NCBI GenBank assembly: GCA_937916085.1
Contig: CALGGO010000060.1
Location: 1,602 to 65,601 of the forward strand
Direction: 5' to 3'
From: an uncultured Prevotellaceae bacterium
GTDB taxonomy: Bacteria; Bacteroidota; Bacteroidia; Bacteroidales; Muribaculaceae
DNA length: 64,000 nt
Shown here: piece after piece, positions 36,154 through 44,912 of the stretch
Numbering within the stretch: position 1 is the stretch's first letter
How the letters are laid out: every line of letters starts with the position of its first letter
Program-made: the position numbers and the translations under genes
Notes under the pieces: model-generated
The model's input: the letters and a program-made list of their open reading frames with translations, nothing else
Database searches by the model: none
What the model was told of the DNA's origin: nothing

Positions 36154-36214
36154 CCCGAATCGGTCATTAGGATTTATACAAAAAAACTCATAATCTCCTA
36201 ATGACCGATTTGGG
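36154..36214. terminator. Long hairpin between convergent metG and MFS genes (bidirectional terminator candidate)
   Basis: cccgaatcggtcattagga (36154-36172) pairs with tcctaatgaccgatttggg (36196-36214), with one G-U pair. The loop is A/T-rich. Confidence 0.6.
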
Positions 36215-36215
36215 T

Positions 36216-37391
36216 TTAATCTTTTTGGGGTGGCAGACTCTGGAAATGACGAGTTGCCCACACCTGCAACAAGAACACAACGCTTAATATGCAGCCCACT
36301 TTGTAAGGCCCAGTGATATCGTCACCAAACAAGCCTTTCGACATTGGCATCACAATCAGTGGCGACACAAATTGTCCTAAGTATAGCGCCGCCGAGAGCA
36401 ACGGCATGACGGTAGAGACCGAGTCACGACCGCCCTTGATGCTGGCAATGGTGTTGAGATAAGGAACTCCCACTCCTGTGGCAATGCCCACCAGCATCGA
36501 GCCTATCAAGACCATCAGCAATGAGCCATTAATATATGAGGCATAGCCAAGCAGGAAGCAAAGCGGTGCGAAATATTTTATGATCATGCGAAACCTGTGC
36601 ATCAGTCCGCCAAAGGCGAGTCCAACGAAGAATGCAACAACATCAAGCCCTACCATAATCATCGTGATGGCATTTGAAGAAAGCGCAGTCTGCTTGCTGG
36701 CGATTATAGCAAAATTGGTTGGAAAGATGAAAAAAAGAATCATCAGCAGCAACATGCCTGTCACCGACGGGTGGAACTTAAGAAGTTGGCGTGGGTGGAA
36801 CGGAACGCCGTGCTTGTTAGAGGCACCCAATTGTGCGTCAGGAAGCCATAGCCAAACCATCACTACGGCAATCAAGCCAATAAGATATACCAGGAAAGCA
36901 TAATTCCACTGAACGGTAGCCAATATTCCAGCAAGGAGTGTGGCAACCACACCGCCCATCTGGTTCATAGCCGCCGAGAGCCCCATAAGGCGCGCCTGTT
37001 CTTCAGGCGGGAAATAGTAGGCAAGCAGACCTGTTGACAACGGCATGATTAATCCCACACTGATTCCCAAAACAGCACGCATCAACAGCAGGATGTAGAT
37101 GTTATCAACAAAAAAACACCCTGCACCCGCAGCCACATAGAGCAGCAGTCCAGTTGTTGCGATGGTGCGTGTACTAACACGTCGGCTAAATTGCAAAAAC
37201 AAGATGTTGGTAATGATGATAAATAGGGCAGGCATGCTGACGATGAGTTGTACCAGCATTTCGGATGCCGACGAGAAATGATTCTTGATAATGCCCAGTG
37301 CAGGTGCTATAGCAGCTCCTGCCATCACGGTGAGCAGCGACATAGAAAGGATGGTAGCTGTCACCCGTTTAGATACTTTATTCTGTTTCAT
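36216..37391 (-). CDS. MFS transporter
   Basis: 391 aa with about 12 hydrophobic segments. Typical MFS N-terminus KRVTATILSMSLLTVMAGAAIAPALG. Confidence 0.8.
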   Translation of the reverse strand: MKQNKVSKRVTATILSMSLLTVMAGAAIAPALGIIKNHFSSASEMLVQLIVSMPALFIIITNILFLQFSRRVSTRTIATTGLLLYVAAGAGCFFVDNIYILLLMRAVLGISVGLIMPLSTGLLAYYFPPEEQARLMGLSAAMNQMGGVVATLLAGILATVQWNYAFLVYLIGLIAVVMVWLWLPDAQLGASNKHGVPFHPRQLLKFHPSVTGMLLLMILFFIFPTNFAIIASKQTALSSNAITMIMVGLDVVAFFVGLAFGGLMHRFRMIIKYFAPLCFLLGYASYINGSLLMVLIGSMLVGIATGVGVPYLNTIASIKGGRDSVSTVMPLLSAALYLGQFVSPLIVMPMSKGLFGDDITGPYKVGCILSVVFLLQVWATRHFQSLPPQKD

Positions 37392-37546
37392 TTAAAAATC
37401 GGGAGTTTCAGCTCTACCAAGCTTTTTGTTCGTTAAAAAATCGGATGCAAAAGTACAAAAAATTACCAATAGCAATAGGTTGTACAGCCAGTTAAAAAAA
37501 CAAAAAAACTCGATTATACAAAGCTCTCATAGAAACTTTTTTTGAC

Positions 37547-37554
37547 TATTTTTG
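37547..37554 (+). promoter_or_regulatory. Bacteroidota -7 box candidate (TATTTTTG)
   Basis: TAnnTTTG match, 44 nt upstream of the ATG at 37598. Confidence 0.4.
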
Positions 37555-37597
37555 CAGTAAATCACTTAATTATTATATAATTAAACACAACAAGATT

Positions 37598-37906
37598 ATG
37601 TCAAAAACAGTTGAAATTCAGATTGAAAAAAGCAGCAATTTGGTCGATGGATTGCGCAAGCACTTAAATGCAAATGGTACAGGCGTGACAAGCGCCGAGA
37701 TTGCCAGCATGGAACAGAATGTGAAAGAACTGGCAGCCGCTAACGAGGAGGTAGAACGCCTGCGTGCCGAACTCGCTCCTAAAGTGAAACGCATGAGTGA
37801 AATCATGGCAAAAGTGAAGGCTGCCTATGCCGAGAAGAAAAAGATGCTAAAAGCATGTTATTCGCAAGAGCAATGGGCTAATTACGGCATACCCGACAAG
37901 CGATAA
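37598..37906 (+). CDS. Hypothetical coiled-coil protein
   Basis: 102-aa ORF with a promoter box upstream. Helical, charged sequence; no family recognised. Confidence 0.45.
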   Translation: MSKTVEIQIEKSSNLVDGLRKHLNANGTGVTSAEIASMEQNVKELAAANEEVERLRAELAPKVKRMSEIMAKVKAAYAEKKKMLKACYSQEQWANYGIPDKR

Positions 37907-38176
37907 AAATTATTACTATCCTTTTTCGTTTGTCACTACAACATGCTTGTGGCGATCATCACATCGCCATTCAAGTAACAATCTCAACCTCGTCATCGGT
38001 GACCGTCACGATGGCGAGGTTGCTGATTAGTGATGAATGAACTTTTGCAGCAAAAATTCCCTCCATCCTCTTCTCCGGCAAAAAACAACCTATCGCCGCC
38101 TAATTGGGTGGCAAACCCGATATAATTGCTATCTTTAGTTTTGGATTTAGAGGCTAAATAACAATTAACGAACAAA

Positions 38177-38476
38177 CTATCTCTCTTTGAATTTATCCTT
38201 ATATTGTGAGAACAGGTTGTAATAAGCTTTCATGTTGCCTAATTCATACCACTGGCTCACCAGCGACGGATGTGAGTCTAAATCTATAATGTGCGCATCC
38301 TTTATCTGGTGGTCCTTGTTCTGATGCAAGTCAAGCTCGCGGTAAGGCAGAGTGATGCCGCCATACTCATAATAACCAGCCGAGTAATAGTCCACCTTGT
38401 CGGTCTGCGCCATCACATCGGCAGCAGTCAGCAAAAACACGATAAAATATAGTAAGACGTTGAAAATCTTTGTCAT
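38177..38476 (-). CDS. Hypothetical small secreted protein
   Basis: 99 aa with the signal-like N-terminus MTKIFNVLLYFIVFLLTAADVMAQ. No family recognised. Confidence 0.4.
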   Translation of the reverse strand: MTKIFNVLLYFIVFLLTAADVMAQTDKVDYYSAGYYEYGGITLPYRELDLHQNKDHQIKDAHIIDLDSHPSLVSQWYELGNMKAYYNLFSQYKDKFKER

Positions 38477-38611
38477 AATTAATTCATATTTTGTGGCAAA
38501 GATAGTGAAAAAGATTAATAAAACACAAATAATTAACGATATAAGTGTTGCAAAGTCAATGCTTTTTTCAAAAAACTAGCAACTACAAACTAATAACTAA
38601 AAACTATTTTG

Positions 38612-38619
38612 TACCTTTG
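38612..38619 (+). promoter_or_regulatory. Bacteroidota -7 box candidate (TACCTTTG) for leuS
   Basis: TAnnTTTG match, 45 nt upstream of the ATG at 38664. Confidence 0.45.
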
Positions 38620-38663
38620 CACCTTGAAATAAATAATAAATATAATATAACTCAATAGGTAAT

Positions 38664-41435
38664 ATGGAATATAATTTCAACGAGATTGAGAAGAAGTGGC
38701 AACAGTATTGGAAGGAAAACGACGTCTATAAGGTAGATATCGACGAGAGCAAGCCCAAGTTCTATGTTCTCGATATGTTTCCTTATCCCAGTGGCGCGGG
38801 ACTGCATGTGGGGCATCCGCTGGGCTACATCGCCAGCGACATCTATGCGCGCTACAAGCGTCACAAGGGCTTTAACGTGCTGCACCCCATGGGCTACGAC
38901 GCTTACGGTCTGCCAGCCGAGCAATATGCCATCCAAACCGGTCAGCATCCCGAGGTGACTACTAACGAGAACATCGCCCGCTACCGCGAGCAGCTCGACA
39001 AGATAGGATTCAGCTTTGACTGGGACCGCGAGGTAAGAACTTGCGAACCAAAATATTACAAGTGGACTCAATGGGCATTCCTACAGATGTTCAAGAGCTA
39101 CTACAACACCGCTCTCGACAAGGCGCGACCCATTACCGAACTCGTGGAATACTTCGAGAAAAACGGCAGCGAGGGTTGCAACGCCCACACTAATGCCAAA
39201 ATGGAGTTTACCGCCGACGAGTGGCGTGCCATGACCGATGCCGAGAAGAGCCAGGCGCTGATGAACTACCGCATCGCCTACCTGGGCAATACTATGGTGA
39301 ACTGGTGTCCTGAGTTGGGTACCGTGCTCGCCAACGACGAGGTGAGCGAGGGACTTTCCATTCGTGGTGGTTATCCGGTGGAGCAGAAGGTGATGCGCCA
39401 GTGGTGCCTGCGCGTGAGTGCCTACGCCGGCCGCTTGCTGCGCGACCTCGACACTATCGAGTGGAGCGACTCTATCAAAGAGACTCAGAAGAACTGGATA
39501 GGCTACAGCGAGGGTGCCGAGATGCTCTTCCCCATCGTGGGCAGCGACGAGCAGTTGCTCATCTTCACCACCCGCGCCGACACTATCTTTGGCGTGACTT
39601 TCATGGTGCTGGCGCCCGAGAGCGAGTATGTAGATCAGGTGGTTACCGCCGAGCAGCGCGCTGCCGTTGATGCCTACCTTAACGAGGTGAAGCACAAGAC
39701 CGAGCGCGAGCGTCTCATCGAGAAGAAGGTGAGCGGTGTGTTCAGCGGCAGCTATGCCGTCAACCCCGTCACTGGCAAGGAGATACCCATCTACATCAGC
39801 GACTATGTGCTGGCTGGCTACGGCACTGGTGCCATCATGGCGGTGCCTGCTCACGACAGCCGCGACTATGCCTTTGCTAAGCATTTCGACCTGCCTATCA
39901 TCCCATTGATTGAGGGTGCCGACATCAGCGAGGAGAGCTTCGATGCCAAGGACGGCATAATGATGAACTCCAGCAACGAGCGGTTGCAGCTCAACGGACT
40001 CCAAGTGAAGGACGCTATCGCCAAAACCAAAGAATATATCGAAAAGGCGGGAATAGGCAAGGTGAAGGTGAACTACCGCCTGCGCGACGCCATCTTCAGC
40101 CGTCAGCGCTACTGGGGCGAGCCGTTCCCCATCTACTACGACGAGGACGGTCAGCCACAGCCTCTCGACGAGAGCGAGCTGCCATTGCAGCTGCCCGAGG
40201 TTGACAAGTTCCTGCCCACCGAGACTGGCGAGCCTCCACTGGGACGCGCCAAGAACTGGGTGGCAGCCAACGGCCGTCCGCTGGAGCTGAACACCATGCC
40301 AGGCTTTGCCGGCTCGAGTGCCTACTATCTGCGCTACATGGACCCCCACAACGACGAGGCTCTCGTGAGCAAGCGCGCCGATGACTATTGGCGTCAGGTT
40401 GACCTCTATGTGGGTGGTACCGAACACGCTACAGGTCACTTGATTTACAGCCGTTTCTGGAACAAGTTCCTCTACGACTACGGTTATGTGTGCGAGGCCG
40501 AGCCGTTCCGCAAGTTGGTCAACCAGGGAATGATTCAGGGTCGCTCCAATTTCGTTTACCGCATCAAGGACACCAACAAGTTTGTGTCGTTCAACCTCAA
40601 GAAAGACTATGACACCACTCCCATTCATGTGGATGTGAATATCGTGAGCAACGACGTGCTCAATATTGAGAAGTTCAAGGCTTGGAGACCCGAGTTTGCC
40701 GATGCTGAGTTCATCTTTGAGAATGACAAGTACATCTGCGGATGGGCGATTGAGAAGATGTCGAAGTCGATGTTCAACGTGGTGAACCCCGACGACATCG
40801 TGGAGCGCTATGGTGCCGACACTCTGCGTCTCTATGAGATGTTCCTGGGTCCTGTTGAGGCAAGCAAGCCTTGGGACACCAACGGTATCGACGGCGTGAA
40901 TCGCTTCCTCAAGCGTCTGTGGGGACTCTTCTTCAAGGGCGACGAACTTCAACTCATCGACGAGAAGCCTAGTGCCGAGGCGCTGAAGTCGATTCACAAG
41001 CTCATCAAGAAAGTGAGTCAAGACATTGAGCAGTTCTCCTATAACACCAGCGTGGCGGCGTTCATGATTTGCTCTAATGAGCTTAAAGACATGAAATGCA
41101 AGACCAAGAGCGTGTATCGCGACTTCGTGGTGCTCCTTGCTCCATTTGCACCTCACATCGCCGAGGAGCTGTGGCACCAGTTGGGCGAGCAGGGTACCGT
41201 GTGCGACGCCCAGTGGCCCACTTGGAACGAGGAATACCTCAAGGAGAGTATGGTAAAATATACAGTGCTCTTCAACGGCAAGCCCCGCTTCAACATCGAG
41301 GTTCCTGCCGGCACTCCCAATGATGAGGTGCAGAAGGTTGCCCTCACCCACGACGGCGCTGCCCGCTGGCTCGACGGCAAGCAGCCCAAGAAGGTCATCG
41401 TAGTGCCCAACAAGATTGTGAATGTGGTAGTATAG
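38664..41435 (+). CDS. leuS: Leucine--tRNA ligase
   Basis: 923 aa. [18 protein letters not shown] (HIGH region), KMSKSMFN (KMSKS) and an editing domain in the centre. Confidence 0.95.
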   Translation: MEYNFNEIEKKWQQYWKENDVYKVDIDESKPKFYVLDMFPYPSGAGLHVGHPLGYIASDIYARYKRHKGFNVLHPMGYDAYGLPAEQYAIQTGQHPEVTTNENIARYREQLDKIGFSFDWDREVRTCEPKYYKWTQWAFLQMFKSYYNTALDKARPITELVEYFEKNGSEGCNAHTNAKMEFTADEWRAMTDAEKSQALMNYRIAYLGNTMVNWCPELGTVLANDEVSEGLSIRGGYPVEQKVMRQWCLRVSAYAGRLLRDLDTIEWSDSIKETQKNWIGYSEGAEMLFPIVGSDEQLLIFTTRADTIFGVTFMVLAPESEYVDQVVTAEQRAAVDAYLNEVKHKTERERLIEKKVSGVFSGSYAVNPVTGKEIPIYISDYVLAGYGTGAIMAVPAHDSRDYAFAKHFDLPIIPLIEGADISEESFDAKDGIMMNSSNERLQLNGLQVKDAIAKTKEYIEKAGIGKVKVNYRLRDAIFSRQRYWGEPFPIYYDEDGQPQPLDESELPLQLPEVDKFLPTETGEPPLGRAKNWVAANGRPLELNTMPGFAGSSAYYLRYMDPHNDEALVSKRADDYWRQVDLYVGGTEHATGHLIYSRFWNKFLYDYGYVCEAEPFRKLVNQGMIQGRSNFVYRIKDTNKFVSFNLKKDYDTTPIHVDVNIVSNDVLNIEKFKAWRPEFADAEFIFENDKYICGWAIEKMSKSMFNVVNPDDIVERYGADTLRLYEMFLGPVEASKPWDTNGIDGVNRFLKRLWGLFFKGDELQLIDEKPSAEALKSIHKLIKKVSQDIEQFSYNTSVAAFMICSNELKDMKCKTKSVYRDFVVLLAPFAPHIAEELWHQLGEQGTVCDAQWPTWNEEYLKESMVKYTVLFNGKPRFNIEVPAGTPNDEVQKVALTHDGAARWLDGKQPKKVIVVPNKIVNVVV

Positions 41436-41525
41436 CCGACAAGCTGACGAGGAACAAGCTAACGAGGCAAAAGAATTATCCTCTACCATTGCCTTGTTTA
41501 CTCGTCAGCTTGTCAGCTTGTTAGC
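41436..41525. repeat. Inverted ACAAGCT/AGCTTGT word arrays after leuS (terminator-like long hairpin)
   Basis: The left arm ccgacaagctgacgaggaacaagctaacgaggcaa is opposed by the right arm ttgccttgtttactcgtcagcttgtcagcttgttagc. Confidence 0.6.
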
Positions 41526-41532
41526 AAAAATA

Positions 41533-42534
41533 ATGAAAAAAGAGCGACTTCCCTGGCTTGACTATGTGAGGTTTTTCAGTATCTTCCTGGTGATACTGTT
41601 TCACACGCCTCCACAAACGCCAATCATGGATGGCAAGATTATCATCAACTTGCGCATCCCGCTCTTCTTTTGCATCTCAGGGTTCCTGTTCAACATTGGC
41701 AAATACAGCTCATTCGGGCAGTTCTTCAGCCATCGTGGCAAGCAGATTTTAGTGCCTTATTTCACATTTTTCATAGTTTTCTATGCTCTGTGGCTGCTGT
41801 TTGGCAAGAGTCTGGGTGATGCCGACGTATCGTGGTGGCAGCCGCTCGTCGATTTCGTCAAGGGCGAGCCGCACACCGTGCTGGGCACCTTCTGGTATCT
41901 CTCGTGCCTGATAGTGATGCAGATTCTCTACTACTTCATGCAGCGGTGGCTGCCTAGCCAGTGGCTCTTCCCGGCAAGCATACTGCTCTCGGTGGCGGCT
42001 ATCAACTGTCCGCTAGAGAACTACTGGCACGTGTGGAACGCGATGGTCTATATGCCGTTCTACGCCTTTGGCAACAGCTTCAAGAACTATATCTCAAAGG
42101 TGGAATTTTCCACACCGCGGCGCACTGCCAGCCTCATAGCCTTGGGCATAATCTCGCTCGTGATAATGGCATTTAGCATCTACATCGAGGAGAAGAACAG
42201 CATGAACGCCATCAAGATAGCCTGTGGCGTGATGGTAATCCCTACCTATATCGCCCTCGCCAAGTGGCTTGCCAGCCGCTACGGCCGCAACCGCGTCATC
42301 GAGCTGGTGGTGATGAACGGCACTGTCTATCTCGCCTTCCAGAACCACACCATAGGCTTTATCAAGGTGATGCTCGAGCGAGCCTTCTACACTGGTGTCA
42401 TGGACGAGAACATTTGGATAAAGTTTCTATTGCCGTTCCTTGTTATGGCAGCCATCTTCCCCTTTGCCTGGCTCATCCATAACTACGCCCCCTGGATGCT
42501 AGGCAAGAAAAAAGAAGAGACGCTGGGGTACTAA
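41533..42534 (+). CDS. Acyltransferase family 3 integral membrane protein
   Basis: Start taken at MKKERLPWLDYVRFFSIFLVILFH, the typical acyltransferase_3 N-terminus. About 10 TM segments. Confidence 0.75.
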   Translation: MKKERLPWLDYVRFFSIFLVILFHTPPQTPIMDGKIIINLRIPLFFCISGFLFNIGKYSSFGQFFSHRGKQILVPYFTFFIVFYALWLLFGKSLGDADVSWWQPLVDFVKGEPHTVLGTFWYLSCLIVMQILYYFMQRWLPSQWLFPASILLSVAAINCPLENYWHVWNAMVYMPFYAFGNSFKNYISKVEFSTPRRTASLIALGIISLVIMAFSIYIEEKNSMNAIKIACGVMVIPTYIALAKWLASRYGRNRVIELVVMNGTVYLAFQNHTIGFIKVMLERAFYTGVMDENIWIKFLLPFLVMAAIFPFAWLIHNYAPWMLGKKKEETLGY

Positions 42535-42718
42535 CAGCTAACAAGTTACAAGCTAACAAGTAAACAAGACAATAGAAAAAGAGTATACTCGGATATGAAA
42601 TTTTTATAATAAAATTATTATATTTTTAAGCGCAGCTCCAATCAAGTGGCAAGACTTGTTCATTAAGTTACCATTGTCTCGTTAGCTTGTTTGCTCGTCC
42701 GCTAGTAAATTAAAAAAT

Positions 42719-43303
42719 ATGAAAGATATAGTATTCGCTACCAACAATGAGCATAAGCTCAGTGAATTGCGCCAGATTATGGCTGGCAAGTATAACGTGT
42801 TGAGTCTTGCCGATATAGGCTGCCACGACGACATCCCTGAGACGGCGCCGAGCATCGAGGGAAACGCCATGATTAAGGCGCAGTGGGTGAAGGAGCATTA
42901 CGGCTATGACTGCTTTAGCGACGACACAGGGCTGGAAATTGATGCCCTCGGTGGCGAACCAGGGGTTCACTCGGCACGATATGGCGGCGTGGCGCACGAT
43001 AGTGAGCGCAACATCGACAAGGTGCTGCGCCTGCTCGACGGTGTGCCTATGGAGCAGCGCACCGCACGCTTCCGCACTGCCATCGTCCTAATTATGGATG
43101 GCGACACACATCAGTTTGAGGGCAAAGTGGAGGGACACATCCTCACCGAGCGTCACGGTGCCAGCGGCTTTGGCTACGACCCCATCTTCAAGCCCGACGA
43201 GGTCGACTGCGCTTTCGGCGAAATGACCGCCGAGCAGAAGAACCGCATCAGCCACCGCGGCCGCGCCGTAGCACAACTCACCGCCTTCCTCTCAAAGCTC
43301 TAA
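42719..43303 (+). CDS. rdgB: Non-canonical purine NTP pyrophosphatase (dITP/XTPase, RdgB/HAM1)
   Basis: 194 aa. FATNNEHKLSEL, DDTGLEIDALGGEPGVHSARY, GFGYDPIF and ISHRGRA motifs. Confidence 0.9.
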   Translation: MKDIVFATNNEHKLSELRQIMAGKYNVLSLADIGCHDDIPETAPSIEGNAMIKAQWVKEHYGYDCFSDDTGLEIDALGGEPGVHSARYGGVAHDSERNIDKVLRLLDGVPMEQRTARFRTAIVLIMDGDTHQFEGKVEGHILTERHGASGFGYDPIFKPDEVDCAFGEMTAEQKNRISHRGRAVAQLTAFLSKL

Positions 43304-43316
43304 TAAAGAGTTAAGG

Positions 43317-43388
43317 CACACGAATTAAACGAATTGAAACGAATGGCTGCGCATGCCAAAATTCGTTCTAATTCGTGTAATTCGTGTG
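43317..43388. terminator. Inverted CGAAT/ATTCG word arrays after rdgB (long hairpin, terminator candidate)
   Basis: cacacgaattaaacgaattgaaacgaatgg is opposed by aaaattcgttctaattcgtgtaattcgtgtg. Confidence 0.55.
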
Positions 43389-43407
43389 CTTCTTTTATCG
43401 ACTACTG
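43379..43407. repeat. 29-bp direct repeat, left copy (brackets the ATPase cassette)
   Basis: aattcgtgtgcttcttttatcgactactg is identical to 44884-44912. Confidence 0.9.
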
Positions 43408-43415
43408 TGAAACGC

Positions 43416-43447
43416 TATTTACTTTTTTTGCGTAAATACGCATTTTT
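43416..43447. repeat. 32-bp element, copy 1 (TGCGTAAATACGCA core)
   Basis: tatttactttttttgcgtaaatacgcattttt. Also at 44736-44767 and 44811-44842. Confidence 0.9.
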
Positions 43448-43474
43448 TGTTAATGTATTGTCGGGTAGCATCTT

Positions 43475-44731
43475 TTAATTCTCGTTTAGACTATTGGGAT
43501 TAGTAAGGAATTCGTAAATATTTAAGTATATTATACCATTATCGTCTTGATACCGGCTTATAAGATCATCGGTTATGACAAATTTCTTGAAATTATCGTT
43601 GATGTTATTCAAACTCCTTACTTCTTGTTCTCGCTTTTCAGCGGTTGGCAGTCTAAAAGCTGATTGGATATAATACTTGTGGCTTCCTTTATTGCACACA
43701 AAATCCACCTCAAGTTGCTTGCGCATGCTCACACCATTAGAATTTTTTGCGTTAACAATCACAACTCCCACGTCAACAGCAATATCTCGATAACGAAGTT
43801 CATTATATATAAGGTTTTCCATGAGGTGTGTCTCCTCAAATTGACGGAAATTTATACGAGCATTTCGCAACCCTAAATCATTAAAGTAGTATTTTGCTGG
43901 AGTGTCAATGTATTTTTTGCCTTTGATGTCGAAACGGATGGATTTTTCTACCAAAAACACATCTTGGAGCATATCAAGATATGACTTTATAGTGGTGTGC
44001 GAAATGTCGCTGTGCTTTACCGAATGGAAAGTCCTCTCAAGTTTTGAAGGGTTGGTAAGACCGCCTATCCCTGAGGCTATAATGTCAATCAACTCATCTA
44101 AATCATCGTCATTCTTAATCTTGTAGCGTTCTTTTATGTCGGTGATATAGGTCTTTGCAAATATAGTCCGCAGATAATCCATTTTCTTCTCTGCGTTTGG
44201 CAATGTAGCCACCTTAGGTAAGCCACCATACAGCATATACTCTTCTAGAGCTTTTTCTTTACTACCATTCCACACCGACAAGAATTCCTCAAAATTCAGA
44301 GGTCTCATGCTTATCTCATCACCGCGCCCCCGAAATTCAGTGATGATGTCGGTAGAAAGGAACTTTGAGTTGCTGCCAGTGACATAAATATCCACATTAT
44401 CGATTTTCAGAAAGCTGTTCAGCACATCTTCAAAGTCTATAACATGCTGTATCTCATCAAGTAAGAAATAATGCATCTTGTCATCTTTGATGTGGTTGTC
44501 CATATAGTAAAGCAAGGCGTCTGGGTCTCGCAACACTTGGTTTCTTCTATCTTCCAAGTCTATTTTTATTATATGGTTTTTGTCAACACCACATTCCAGT
44601 AAATGCTTATAGAAAAGAACAAATAGCATATAAGACTTTCCGCACCGTCTCATTCCAGTGATGATCTTTATCATGCCATTATGCTTGCTCGATATCAGTT
44701 TTTGTAATTGACTTTCACGCTTTATTTCCAT
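43475..44731 (-). CDS. AAA-family ATPase with DUF4143-type C-terminal domain
   Basis: 418 aa. Walker A ITGMRRCGKS, Walker B YFLLDEIQ, and a C-terminal EVDFVC restriction-endonuclease-like pattern typical of AAA_14/DUF4143 proteins. AT-rich relative to the flanks. Confidence 0.8.
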   Translation of the reverse strand: MEIKRESQLQKLISSKHNGMIKIITGMRRCGKSYMLFVLFYKHLLECGVDKNHIIKIDLEDRRNQVLRDPDALLYYMDNHIKDDKMHYFLLDEIQHVIDFEDVLNSFLKIDNVDIYVTGSNSKFLSTDIITEFRGRGDEISMRPLNFEEFLSVWNGSKEKALEEYMLYGGLPKVATLPNAEKKMDYLRTIFAKTYITDIKERYKIKNDDDLDELIDIIASGIGGLTNPSKLERTFHSVKHSDISHTTIKSYLDMLQDVFLVEKSIRFDIKGKKYIDTPAKYYFNDLGLRNARINFRQFEETHLMENLIYNELRYRDIAVDVGVVIVNAKNSNGVSMRKQLEVDFVCNKGSHKYYIQSAFRLPTAEKREQEVRSLNNINDNFKKFVITDDLISRYQDDNGIIYLNIYEFLTNPNSLNEN

Positions 44732-44735
44732 AGTG

Positions 44736-44767
44736 TATTTACTTTTTTTGCGTAATTACGCATTTTT
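44736..44767. repeat. 32-bp element, copy 2; contains the perfect 14-bp palindrome TGCGTAATTACGCA (44749-44762)
   Basis: Lies between the candidate -7 box (44774-44781) and the ATPase start codon (44731), an operator-like position. Confidence 0.85.
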
Positions 44768-44773
44768 TGTTTG

Positions 44774-44781
44774 CAAAGATA
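44774..44781 (-). promoter_or_regulatory. Bacteroidota -7 box candidate (minus strand TATCTTTG) for the ATPase gene
   Basis: The plus strand reads caaagata, 43 nt upstream of the start at 44731. Confidence 0.4.
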
Positions 44782-44810
44782 TATGTTTGTGTTGGAATGC
44801 GCAAGTTTTT

Positions 44811-44842
44811 TATTTACTTTTTTTGCGTAAATACGCATTTTT
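44811..44842. repeat. 32-bp element, copy 3
   Basis: tatttactttttttgcgtaaatacgcattttt, identical to copy 1. Confidence 0.9.
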
Positions 44843-44883
44843 AGCAACTTGCTCCATTCTGTGCTGGCTCAGCCATTCGTTTC

Positions 44884-44912
44884 AATTCGTGTGCTTCTTT
44901 TATCGACTACTG
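44884..44912. repeat. 29-bp direct repeat, right copy (includes the stop codon of the LTA-synthase paralog)
   Basis: Identical to 43379-43407. The stop TAG is on the minus strand at 44907-44909. Confidence 0.9.

Noticed and set aside
37988-38025. Long hairpin aacctcgtcatcg-gtgaccgtcac-gatggcgaggtt and the overlapping 60-aa minus-strand ORF (37993-38175)
   Set aside because: The hairpin is real but isolated, with no T-run on either side and no clear gene to terminate. The ORF has no recognisable features. The evidence is insufficient to call a terminator, sRNA or CDS.
16340-38660. tRNA, tmRNA, RNase P, SRP or 6S RNA genes in the long non-coding gaps (16340-16830, 17283-17995, 22616-23005, 33173-33560, 37907-38660)
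   Set aside because: I found no T-loop-like GGTTCGAATCC boxes, CCA-proximal acceptor pairing, or the conserved RNase P/tmRNA/SRP motifs I know. This visual scan is not exhaustive, and a covariance-model search (Infernal/Rfam, tRNAscan-SE) would settle it.
39081-41489. 802-aa ORF on the minus strand, antisense to leuS
   Set aside because: It lies in the codon-aligned antisense frame: 41489 is a third codon position of leuS. Its potential stops correspond to sense codons TTA, CTA and TCA, which this GC-biased, highly expressed gene avoids. The translation is low-complexity (V/L/H/G/A-rich) with no motifs. It is a codon-usage artefact.
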